From: Cetorhinus maximus
Taxonomy: Eukaryota
Direction: 5' to 3'
DNA length: 64,000 nucleotides
Assembly (NCBI RefSeq): GCF_964194155.1
Contig: NC_135890.1
Span: forward strand, 27,218,001-27,282,000
The position numbers and the translations under genes are program-made. The notes beneath the pieces are model-generated. The model saw only the letters and a program-made list of their open reading frames with translations, had not been told where the DNA came from and did not search any database. Positions 12,941 through 24,250 of this stretch are shown here, piece after piece (the first letter of the stretch is position 1; every line of letters begins with the position of its first letter).

Positions 12941-14710
12941 TCATTGCAGTTCGGGGTACAACCCGGAACTCGGTGGTATTTCTGTCATATCACACTGAGG
13001 ACTTGGTCTATTCGGCCCTTCCACGGGTAGGCTCTGGTTTCCTCCCTGACCTGCATTCTCTCGTCTCGAGTTCGGGCAGTCCCCTGCGAAGTGTCCCTCT
13101 TAGCCACAGTTGCAGCATCTGGACACCTCGCCCTGAGTTCTCCCCATTCCCAAGAAGTTTCCTTTTCCTCTGCCTTTACCTCTTCCCACTGTCTGATAAG
13201 CTGGAGAGGGTTCCTTCTGAGTAGGTCCCCTCCCTTCATTTCTCCAGGTTGTCGCCTAATTCTTAACAGGCATTGCTCTGTCCCTGGATGTCTTGGGTAG
13301 TTTTGGTGTTTCCCTTTCCCATACTCCAACCATCTTGCTAATTATCCAGGGCTCTGTATGTGTGTCATCAGTGGGATCAAACTGATCTAATGCTTTCCTC
13401 GACGACTCAGTGCCAGGCGACACTAGCGTTCTCAGCCATCAGTTCCTAACCTCAGGCTGTAAATTATCCCTATCTAAGCCTGTGCTGTAGACCCCTTGAA
13501 ACACCACCCAAATGCGAGCCGAAAATGCGGTTGGATGTTCACCTTTTCTTTGATAGCATTTTGTTAGCGCCTCTACCGGATCCCCTCTGCTTTCGCCCAA
13601 GACAGATAATACCTGGTCCTTTAAGGCTTCATTTGTGCCTCTACCAAGGTTTTGTTCCTCCGGTAGGACGGAGTGTATATGTGGATGTAGGTACATTAGG
13701 ATTAATTTTCTTTCCTCAGCATCGTCTAAGCCGTGTACCCCTCTCTGTTGCCTGACCGCTAGGAACAACTCCCAAGGATCGTCCCCGGGCGCACACGTCC
13801 CAATATCTTTCGCAATATCCCTCAGTTCTTGTACCCCAAGTGGGGTGAAATATGTCATATTTGGGCCAGCTTGCCCCTGCCCATCTGCCCCTGCTTGTGC
13901 TCTAGTGGTTACAAGGGGGGCCATTGGAGCAGATGGTTTTTACAGCTCTGGAATATATGCCGGCGGTGGATCCTCTGGTGGAGGTTCCCCGTCACCGCTG
14001 CTGTATCTATCCACCCCGTCTGCTAAATCAGCCCAATCTACATCCCCTTGACCGTTTTCTTCACCTCTTCCGGATGCGAAAGCACACAGTTATGCCCCTC
14101 TGTGCGGCTAGCTGATCTTGCAGCCTCACTATCAATTTCTGACACTTTGTGTGATCACCGGTACTGCTTCTCTTTTCCTGAGCTGCTCTGTGAATCACAT
14201 TCATAGCAGTTTTTAAATCACTACATTGTTGTTTCCGGCCCTCCATCTCAGCTTTAGCTGCTTGGGCTTCTCCCTCTCTCTTACTCTTTTCATTAGCCAA
14301 TTTTTCATACTGTAACTGATATTGGTTCATGTGCATCAAATCCGCACTTCTCTGTCCCTTTAAATCAGTTACCTTCTTACTAAGGCGGGCTATCTCCTCA
14401 TGGAGTTTTTTATTCTCTTCCTCTAGTCTGTCTCTGTCCCTCCTAGCCTGCTGTCGGCATTCTATCCATTCCCCAAATAAACATCCGATCGCTACGGACT
14501 TCTGTACCTTTTTAAATTTCTTATCTGACATCTTTGCACAATCCTCCAAAGGGTCTCCCCAGCGAGTTTTCCCTTGTCACCAATGTGACCTGCATACTAC
14601 CCAATTGCAGCCACTTCCCTATTACGTACTTTTGGAGGAGTCCCTTCCAGTCAAAACAATCCAAGTCCCCAGGGCTTGGAGATTCCCTTTGATTCTTATG
14701 TTAATAGCTA
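12941..14710 (-). pseudogene. gag: ERV gag, disrupted (coiled-coil N-term, PPAY, PSAP, capsid with MHR-like QRKGEHPTAFSARI, one CCHC knuckle, C-terminal LYPEL)
   Basis: ORFs 14061-14549 and 13439-13924 plus manual translation; knuckle CCNCG*EGHFAGDC at 13076-13117; start position approximate. Confidence 0.85.
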
Positions 14711-14797
14711 TGAATTAACCCAAACTCTTGTTCTCTGTGTACTTTGCCAACTCGGTTCGGCTCGAGTCTCCCGCTGACTCAACAGAGAGATTTATTC

Positions 14798-14819
14798 TCG
14801 AGCCCACCCAGGGACGCCA
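14798..14819 (-). promoter_or_regulatory. Primer binding site, tRNA-Asn(GUU)
   Basis: + strand TCGAGCCCACCCAGGGACGCCA equals the recalled 3' end (with CCA) of vertebrate tRNA-Asn; 4 nt from the LTR end. Confidence 0.88.
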
Positions 14820-14823
14820 AATA

Positions 14824-15487
14824 TGTTGCCGGAGGTCACCGGTAACGGTTATTGGCTTAGTACAAACAGGAGAAGAGTTAATTTTCTCTTAACTCTAAAT
14901 TCGCTTTATTCACATTGTTAGATCATATACGTATAGCTTATAGGTCTGGTTAGATATGGACATGCAGTTTGCACCAGGTTATACAGTCTTACACCCAAAC
15001 TAGGATCTAAACGCACACCCACTAGGTTTCTTTGACGCCCCGAGTGGTCACAGAATATAAAAGCTAATACCCGAAAAGGAGAGCTGACGCTGGCCAGGCG
15101 TTCCGTTCTCTCTCTCTTTCGGTGTCGTCTGTACGTTGCTGAAGTAGGTTCTTCCGCTTCCGTGATGGTTGTTCTCCAGAGTTCTTGCTGGCTCCACGCC
15201 CGAAATTCTCCACTCTTATACTGAATCTTATCTCTTCAAACTGTGCTGTCTCTCTCCTGTTGGTTTAGGCTTGCTTGCCTAGTCTGTGGCATCTCCTCAT
15301 TGGCTCTGTCCCAAGGACTTAGGTAGCATAACCTCGTTACTTCTTTTCTAAATAAGGACTTGTGTCTCATCACATTTCCTTTGTTTTTGCTAATTCAAAC
15401 CGGTTCCAGCCAGCTCAGGCCAGTGACTGACCTCAGGTTACTTCAGTTCAAAAGTTGCTCAGGAGTTTCTGCAGCCCCTGGCCAACA
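14824..15487 (-). repeat. 5' LTR of the ERV (664 bp)
   Basis: TGTTG...CAACA termini; on the minus strand CCAAT (15299-15303), TATAAG (15215-15220) and AATAAA (~14905-14910); direct repeat of 7198-7650. Confidence 0.92.
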
Positions 15488-15639
15488 GTACATATTTTTA
15501 AAAACATAATACATCATATAAATATGAAAATCTGTTGATCTACAATACACAAACTTAATTATATACTGAATGTTACTATCCTAATTTATTGTTGTTTTAT
15601 TTTGCTATTGTCTGGGGCCATGTTAATTTTCAAGAGTTT

Positions 15640-16760
15640 TTTTTGTATATTCTTTCTTGGGATATGGGCATTGCTGGCAAGGCTAGCATTCGTTGCTAGT
15701 CCCTAATTGCCTTTCAGAAGGTGGCGGTGAGTTAAAGTGGGGTCACATTGGAAAATAGTTTGCAAAGCATTGCTGTCGTCCTTTGCTTCACGTTGGTAGC
15801 AGTGGTGGGTTTGGAAGGCGCTGTCTAAGGAGCCTTGGTGAGTTCCTGCTGCGCATCTTGTAGATGGTATACACTGCTGCCACGGTGCGTCAGTGGTGGA
15901 GGGAGTGAATGTTTGTGAATGGGATGCCAGTTAAACGGGTTGCTTTGTCCTGGATGGTGCCAAGCTTCTTGAGTGTTGTTGGAACTGCACTCATCCAGGT
16001 AAGTAGAGAGTATTCCACCACATTCCTGACTTGTGCTTTGTGTATGGTGGACAGGCTTTGGGGAGTCAGGCAGTGAATTACTCACCGCAGGATTCCTAGC
16101 CTCTGACCTGCTCTTGTAGCCACAGTATTTATATGGCTAGTCCGGTTCAGCTTCTGGTCAATGGTTAACACCCCCCCAACCCCCCACCACCACCACCAGA
16201 ATGTAGATTGTGGGGGATTCAGTGATGATAATGCCATTGAATGTCAAAGGGGGGTGCTTACTTTCTCTCTTCCTGGAGATGCATAATCTAGCAAGGTCAT
16301 GTTCTGCTATTAGTATGGACTTCATCCTGTATTACTAGTGTTAACTGCTTTGGACGCTAAAATGCCAAGGTCACTTTGGTGATTTGATATAAATGCATTG
16401 GCACACTGTCTCATTACTGCCTTGATTCAAACATGGACAAAAGAGTTGAACTGCAGAGGTGAGGTGAAAGTGACATCAAGGCAGCATTTGACTGAGTGTG
16501 GCATCAAGGAGCCCTAGAAAAACTGGAGTCAATGGGAGTCAGGGGGAAAACTCTCCACTGGTTGGAGTCGTACCTAGCATAAGTGAAGATGGTTGTGGTT
16601 GTTGGAGGTCAATCATCTCCAGGACATCACTGCAGGAGTTCCTCAGGGTCGAGTCCTAGGCCCAACCATCTTCAGCAGCTTCATAATTGACTTCCTTCCA
16701 TCATAAGGTCAGAAGTGGGAATGTTCACTGATGATTGCACAATGTTCACCATTCACGACA
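15640..16760 (-). mobile_element. L2/CR1-group LINE with an inverted 5' segment (16410-16760 is on +)
   Basis: Minus part matches the family at 62725-63525; + part encodes the RT core DIKAAF..VWHQG...MFTDDCTMF. Confidence 0.7.
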
Positions 16761-17656
16761 GATCATAAAAAGTGCTATAATTACATGATTTTCTGTCACA
16801 AAAAAAATCAAATGTTTGTTTGCTTTGGGCCAATAATTTTCAGTTATGTCATATGTTGGAAGTGGACCTACATCACTACTATTTTCCAGTCGGTTGTGCA
16901 CAGATGCAGTTGTGTCACAAGTGCATTGTTGTTTAGAGTAAGCAATCTAATCTCATTCCCCAAGGACATTTAGCCAGCAGCAAGACCAGGCATTGTAATT
17001 TTTGAGTGTCAAGATTCTCAAAGGAGCCACAGGTTGAATCATTTGGCCTATATGTTCTCTTTCTCATCGTTACTAACTACCTCGAAAGCAAAACATCACA
17101 ATCTGCTTATAGCTTATTCATGACCAGTAAGTGAATGCTTGAATTCATCAGGCAAGTGAAGGCCCACTTTTATGGGAGCTGCTACAATATCTTAATTTTA
17201 AAGCAATCCATCCTGCTACCACTCTGATCCAGAAAGGCGAGTTTTGAGGTGGCTCCTAGGAGATCTCATCTATCCTCTGCAAATGTTGCTCATTTGACAC
17301 CTGTGTGCAATCCCAGGACACAATGTAAGCACTTGTACATTAAGATCCATTCGTGCACCAGCGTAATAGTGTAGTATCACTGGCACATTGAAGGTGCACT
17401 TCAGGTGCATGAATTGATTTGAGTATCTCCTGCAGTCTATTTTGACTACAAATAAGGTTGTGCGCTGCATGCTGAACAACGTTTTCTTACGAAGACGCAT
17501 TATGTAGAGGTCCTGGTTTTGGAAGGCTCCCAGAGCAGCAAGAAGGATCATCAAGAGAAGCAGCAAGAGCAGTAGCCCTTTGCTGGATGCAAAAGACTTT
17601 TCATGAATTGCCATGTTTTCATAGATAATACAGTTAATTGTCACAAATATACATGA

Positions 17657-17905
<249 letters not shown>

Positions 17906-19189
17906 TAACTTCCAATCTATGACAAGTCAATATGTGGGAACATTTTGCTGAGGTAATAGAGCTTTCAGTATCCCCAACACAAACACACAGCTTTGTGTTC
18001 GCACTGGGATTGAAACGTATTTATTTCAAATCTATGCAAAGTAAGTATCAAACTTTAACTGGTCATTATTTGCTATGCTTAAAAGTAATTCAATGAAATT
18101 TTGGATATTACTATTATTATGTAAGGAATGGATATTCTTGTGAACTCTTGCAGTCCTTCAATAGCATAAATCCAACAAGAAGGGCTGGCTGAGAACCTGC
18201 TTAAGATAGGCTAGCTTTCCACTGTTTTACTTGGCCTCTTTTTTCTGCTCAGTGGCAATGCTGGATTCCTTGTATGGCAGCAACAGGGATTGCTTAAGTT
18301 CCCTTGTTACAGGCCCAGAAGCAATCTCTCCAATTTGCTCCCGTTTATGCTAAAAATCAGCATTTCATGATAGAAACCTCACTTGTGCTGTTTTACCAAT
18401 GGAGCACAGTCTTTCAATACAGCATTCCCATTTTGAGAACACTGATGAATGATCTTAGCTGAACAATTTGGAGAATTCACATAATGTTACAGCACAGAAG
18501 GGAGCCATTTGTCCCATTGTGCTTGTGCTATCTCTTTGAAAGCACAATCTACTTAATCTAATTTCTCTGCCCTTTTCTTCATGCATGATTACATTTTATT
18601 TTTCTTATTGAAACGTGTTGCAAATTCTGCTCTCTGGTAGGGTAGCCCACGTCTAAACAACCCACAGCAGAAATATTCTCCTAACCTCTTTTTCCATTTT
18701 GGCAATGATCTTAAATTTATGTCATAGAATGATACAGCAAAAAAAGAGACCACGTACCCTCCAGTTACTGACTCGTGGAAATAGTTCTTTCCGATGCATT
18801 TGATCAAAACCTCATAATTTTGAGCTTTTCTGTCAGATCTCCTGCTTAACTTTTATCAAGAAAGCTATACAACACCTTATCAAATGCCTCTTAAAAATCC
18901 ATGCATGCAACATACACTGCATTTCCTTTATCAATAAACTGCACATCAAGTTGGCTAAATGGGATAAAGGGACATTTCAACCACAACCTATTTGAATGGT
19001 GGGAACAGGCTAATGATCTGAATGGGCTGAATTATCTACCCTTGTTCTTATGTAATGTTGAGGGAGGTGATAAATTTTATGCAAAAAATGTGAATTCTAA
19101 GAAAACCCAGTTTTTTTAACTGTAGTCAATGACACTGAAGCCATTCATACAATAAGTCAAAAACTTATGAGTAAACAGTAAGTCTGTTT

Positions 19190-19480
19190 GGACACAGAAG
19201 CAAAATACTGTGGATGCTGGAAGTCCAAAATAAAAACACAAAATTCTGGAAGTACTCAACAGGTCAGGCAGCATCTCTGGAGAGAGAACCAGGTTAAATA
19301 TTTCAGATTAATGACCTATCATCAGATTGAACACTTCTGTCAGATATCCTGTTTTAGTGAAAGAATCTGTAGTTCAGTTAACTTCCTATCCATGCTGTCA
19401 CATTCCCTTCAATCAGGAAGGAATCTGATGAAAGATCATCGATTTGAAACGTTAACTCTGCAGTCCTGTTGCTCGGACAA
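19190..19480. mobile_element. Inverted pair of Penelope termini with hammerhead-like motifs
   Basis: Minus copy 19195-19330; plus copy CTGATGA-A-AGATC...GATTT-GAAACGTTAACT at 19421-19457. Confidence 0.6.
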
Positions 19481-19540
19481 AACGTGTAGATGTTAAAGAC
19501 CAGCACATCAGAATTAAAACTTTCCAAATAAATAGTCTAA

Positions 19541-19897
<357 letters not shown>

Positions 19898-19947
19898 TAG
19901 AATAGAAGAGTTTGGCTTACATTCGAAGCAAAATTTCCATAAGTTAA

Positions 19948-20963
19948 TGTCAGAAGCCCAAGGCCTCACTCTATATTTTTATAAAATATATATATGTTAT
20001 CCTGGCTAATCTCTAAAATTATTTTTCTTAAAACTGGACAAAGGCTTTAACTGACTGAAGCTATGACAGGCTATGACTCACACAAAATGGTTTTTTGGCC
20101 TTCAGAACAGCAGCTACCTCATTATCGCTAAAGAGGTGCTAATGTCCCTGTGACTGCAGAGATCAAATCCCCAGGAGTTGTATAAAGACCATTTACATTT
20201 CTAAGGCCCAACCGGTCCATGAGGACAAAGGACCTTGAAACCTCTTTTTTGAATTATACATCCTTTGTCCAAACCAAGGTGGAGAAATGGGAGGCTATGT
20301 CACTTGGCACCTCCCCAAGCTCCTAGAGGCTGTAATATTGCCTTGTGGAGCTGAAAAAATGCAGTTTGCCATCTTCCATCAACCAAACAGCAGCAGAACC
20401 AGAGCTTTGTCCAGGTTTAAATTGCCTAGCCCTCATCTACACTGCCTCTATGCGAACCGACATGTACTAGTACCTACAAGACTAATTCATTACCATGGGT
20501 CCATCTCATTGTGGAAGTCACCTCTACTGGAAAAGTGAATTATCCAGCATGTCCTCTGACGGCCAACTCTGAAAGAATACACCATTGGACTTCGATTCTG
20601 GACTCTAGACTCACGTGAAACAATAATTCTTATCTTCTCTGTCGTCTTTGCTCTGTACCTCTTTCTTTCCCTTATCCCTCTTTTATTGTATGAATATACT
20701 GGAGGCTACGTAGCGACACCCCCTCCTGTGTTTTGAGTCTGTGTAAAATAAACTAACCCTTTTAGTTCACCCTGTCTCAAGTTTGGGTGAACTATTGTGA
20801 GGCTATTACTAGATACTGGATCACACCAAAACTGAGAGGTCAGGAAATACCCCACCGCTTACAAAGGGGGAAATCAAAAATCAAAAACACCTTTCTGTTT
20901 AAGGGCGGGTGGTGAGACAAGAAATCAGGGCTGTTTAAATTAAACCCCCTCCTGTCCGTAACA
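19948..20963 (+). repeat. 5' LTR of the Gmr1-type element
   Basis: TG...CA termini; diverged direct repeat of 26711-27756; followed by a PBS. Confidence 0.85.
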
Positions 20964-20968
20964 GAAAT

Positions 20969-20987
20969 TGGGGGCTCAAGTCCGGGA
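20969..20987 (+). promoter_or_regulatory. tRNA-Pro primer binding site (2-nt insertion)
   Basis: TGGGGGCTCaaGTCCGGGA versus canonical Pro PBS TGGGGGCTCGTCCGGGAT. Confidence 0.75.
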
Positions 20988-21299
20988 AAACCCAATTTGA
21001 ATTTGACCAGAGTCCAAGTTAAGAGATGAGCCAAATCTGATGTAAAAGAGCCACTTGGAAGGCAAGGGGAAAACCTGGTGGCTGGAATAAATTTTAAAAC
21101 GCAAGTAACTTACCACAGCAAGTTCCTTTTCCTTAACACTAAGAAAATGGCAGTGTTTAATGCCCAGATATTTGTTCAGCAAGGGAATTTAAATTTAACT
21201 TCAGCACTTTTCCAGTAGAGGCAGTTAAAGTTGCCCAGCAAAATCAGAAGTGAACTGATCCAGTCATTGGTAGAACATTTGGGATCTCATGTTACCAGT

Positions 21300-22920
21300 A
21301 GAGCATGTTAGAGCGGTTAAAAAAGGAAGGAGAGAAAAAAACAGAATTACAGACCAGTTAGCCTAACATCATTAGTGGAGAAAATGCTAGAGTCTATTAT
21401 AAAGGACGTGGTAACAGAACACTTGGAAAGCATTAACGGGATTAGACAAAGTCAGATAAAAGCAAAAAACTGCGGATGCTGGAAATCCAAAACAAAAACA
21501 AAAATACCTGGAAAAACTCAGCAGGTCTGGCAGCATCTGCGGAGAGGAGCACAGTTAATGTTTCGAGTCCGAATGACCCTTCAACAGAACTAAGTAAAAA
21601 GGTAAGTAAAAGCTAAGTAAAAGTAAAACTTAGACAAAGTCAGCATGGGTTTATGAAAGGGAAATCATGCTTAACTAATCCACTAGAGTTTTTTGAGGAT
21701 GTAACTAGTAGAATAGATAAAGGACAGCCAGTGGATATGGTGTATTTGGATTTCAAGAAGGCTTTTGATAAGGTCCCACATAAGAGGCTAGCGGGCTAAA
21801 TTAAAACACATGGGATGGGGGTAATATACTGGCATGGATTGAGAATTAGTTGAAAGACCTGGAACAGAGAGTAGGAAGAAATGGGTCTTTTTCCAGGTGG
21901 CAGGCAGTGACCAGTGGTGTACCGTAGGGAATCAGTGCTTGGGCCCCAGCTATTCACAATATATATAAATGACTTGAAGAGGGAACCAAATGCAATATTT
22001 CGAAGTTTGCTGATGACACAAAACTGGGTGGGGTTGTGAGGAGGATGCAAGGAGGCTTCAGGGTGATTTAGACAAGTGTGTGTGGGCAAACACATGGCAG
22101 ATGCGGCATAATGTGGGTAAATGTGAAGTTATACGCTTCGGTGTGAAGAACAGAAAGGCAGAGTATTATTTAAATGGTGATATATTGGGAAATGTGGATG
22201 TACAAAGGGATGTGGGTGTCCTTGTACACCAGTCAATGAAAGTAAATAGGCAGGTGCAGCAAGCAATTAGGAAGGCAAATGGCATGTTGGCCTTCATTGC
22301 AAGAGGATTTGAGTTCAGAAGTAAAGATATCTTACTGCAGTTATACAGGGCCTTGGTGAGACCACACCTGGAGTATTGCGTGCAGTTTTGGTCTCCCTAC
22401 GTAAGAAAAAGATATACTTGCCATAGAAGGAGTGCAGCGAAGGTTCACTGGGCTGATACAAGGATGGCAGGATTGTTGTATGAGGAGAGATTGGTTTGAC
22501 TGGGCCTGTATTCACTAGAGTTTAGAAGAATGAGAGGGGATCTGATTGAAACGTATAAAATTCTAACAGGGCTAGACAGACTGGATGCAGGGAGGATATT
22601 TCCCCTGGTTGGGGGAGTCTAGAACCAGGGTCACAGGCTCAGGATATGGGGCAGGCCATTTAGGACTGAGATGAGGAAAAATTTCTTCACTCAAAGGGTG
22701 GTCAACCCTGTGGAATTCTCTACCACAGAAGGCTGTGGAGGCCAGGTCACTAAGTATATTCAAGAAAGAAATTGATAAATTTTTGGATATTAGAAGCTTC
22801 AAGGGGTATGGAGAGAAAGCGGGAATATGACATTGAGATAGAGGATCACCATGATCATATTGAATGACGGAGCAGGGTCAAAGGGCCGAATGGCCTACTC
22901 CTGCTTCTAGTTTCTATGTT
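21300..22920 (+). mobile_element. CR1 LINE ORF2 3' half plus 3' UTR, nested in the Gmr1-type gag
   Basis: NYRPVSL, KFADDTK and RPHLEYCVQFWSP motifs; ttctatgtt tail. Confidence 0.88.
21456..21629 (-). mobile_element. Short Penelope-terminus insertion within the CR1, 14-bp TSD
   Basis: TSD ttagacaaagtcag at 21442-21455 and 21630-21643; reverse complement of the 29860-29966 terminus. Confidence 0.8.
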
Positions 22921-23903
22921 CCAAATATTTGACTCCGAATCCCCTCCCCTAGCTAATTTTGAGCTTGAAAAGTTCAGATTGCAGTTAGAAGCTCAGGAGT
23001 TTGAAAAAGAAAGAGAACTCCAGCTCCAAAAATTGTAAATGGAGCTGACAGCTTAAATGGAGAGAGACTAGACAATTGGAAGCCACAAGGGACAATCCCT
23101 CTCTACCTGCTAGCACCCCGCTATCTCTTTAACCCTGAACCGTTCTCTGAGGCCCTCAAGTATGTTAGATTAGTTCCCAAATTTGAAGAGAGTGATGTGG
23201 AATCATTTTTTGCCACTTTTGAGAAAATAGCAGGACAGCTATAATGGCCCTCACATATCTGGACATTTTTAATTCAAGGGCAGATGTCAGGGAGAGCCCA
23301 AGAGGTCAACTCCATGCTGCCTCTTGATGTGTCTCTGAATTATGAGCAGACCAAGGCTGCCATCTTGGATGCATATCGCCAGCCCAGCAATTCCGGAATG
23401 CTTGTAGGAAGCCCATACAAACCTACATAGAGTTTGAACGGCTGAAGCAAATAGCGTATGACCGATGTAGAAGGACCCTAAGAATCCCATGGCTTCAGTT
23501 AGTTTAAAGCCTTTGTTCGGTTTTAAGAAAAATAGTTTTATAGCTTAACCAAGTTGATATACATATATATTATCAAAATGTAGAATGAGGGCTTAGCCTC
23601 TGACACCCTTCACCAACTCAGTGGAAAAAATGAATTCTATTTTTTTTTTCTTGTGGTCTTAAGGAGGAAGAATAGGAAGTGAATTATACATGCATTCTCT
23701 CATCCATACTGGCACATCAGACACCGAGCTAGCAGGGATAATGGCAGTTCCCTGCTGCATTTTCATTTGAGATTTGAACCGTCGACAGTGCATCAGCAAG
23801 GACATTGTCCAGTCCTGGGATTTGAAAAGATTAGGTGACTTGGGAGGATTTGAAATTCATCTGCATGGGGAAGTTTATTCAGGGCTAGAGTTCTGAATGA
23901 GGG

Positions 23904-24250
23904 TTTTTATTTGTTCATGGGATGTGGGCATCACTAAATAGGACTGCATTTATTGTCCACCCCTAATTGCCTTTGTTCAGAGGGCATTTAAGAGTCAACC
24001 ACATTGCTGTGGGTTTGGAGTCACATGTAGGCCAGACCCAAGGACAGTTGATTTCCTTCCCAAAGGACGTTAGTGAACCGGATGGGTTTTTTAACGACAA
24101 TCAGTAATGGTTTCATGGTCATCATCAGGCTTTTAATTCCAGATTTTTATTGAATTCAAATTTCACCACCTGCCATGGCGGGATCCGAACCCAGGTGCCC
24201 AGAGCATTACCCTGGGTCTCTGGAATATCAGTCCATCACTATGCCGCCAC
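23904..24250 (-). mobile_element. tRNA-derived SINE sharing its 3' tail with the L2/CR1-group LINE family
   Basis: Minus-strand head with A/B-box-like motifs (GGTTCGGATCC); tail matches LINE tails at 35680, 60560 and 62725. Confidence 0.65.

Larger units (their letters stand above)
7198..15487 (-). mobile_element. Endogenous retrovirus, near full-length and decayed (LTR-gag-pol-env-LTR), spuma-related / lokiretrovirus-like
   Basis: Paired LTRs, PBS, PPT and PR-RT-tether-RH-IN order, followed by a TM-anchored env-like ORF; many stops and frameshifts. Family assignment is inference. Confidence 0.93.

Noticed and set aside
7816-14710. Domesticated (host-co-opted) gag or env gene
   Set aside because: Every ORF has stops or frameshifts, and the integrase central Asp reads His (GSHQG).
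14798-14819. tRNA-Asn gene
   Set aside because: Only the 3' 22 nt including CCA are present next to an LTR, so this is a PBS.
7198-15487. Calling the ERV a true foamy virus
   Set aside because: The RT is spuma-like, but Gag has a CCHC knuckle and an MHR, gag and pol are in frame, env is far shorter than foamy Env, and there is no accessory region between env and the LTR.
7198-15487. Calling the ERV a Ty3/Gypsy retrotransposon
   Set aside because: It has a second retrovirus-type RNase H, an LPQG RT motif, late domains and an env-like ORF.
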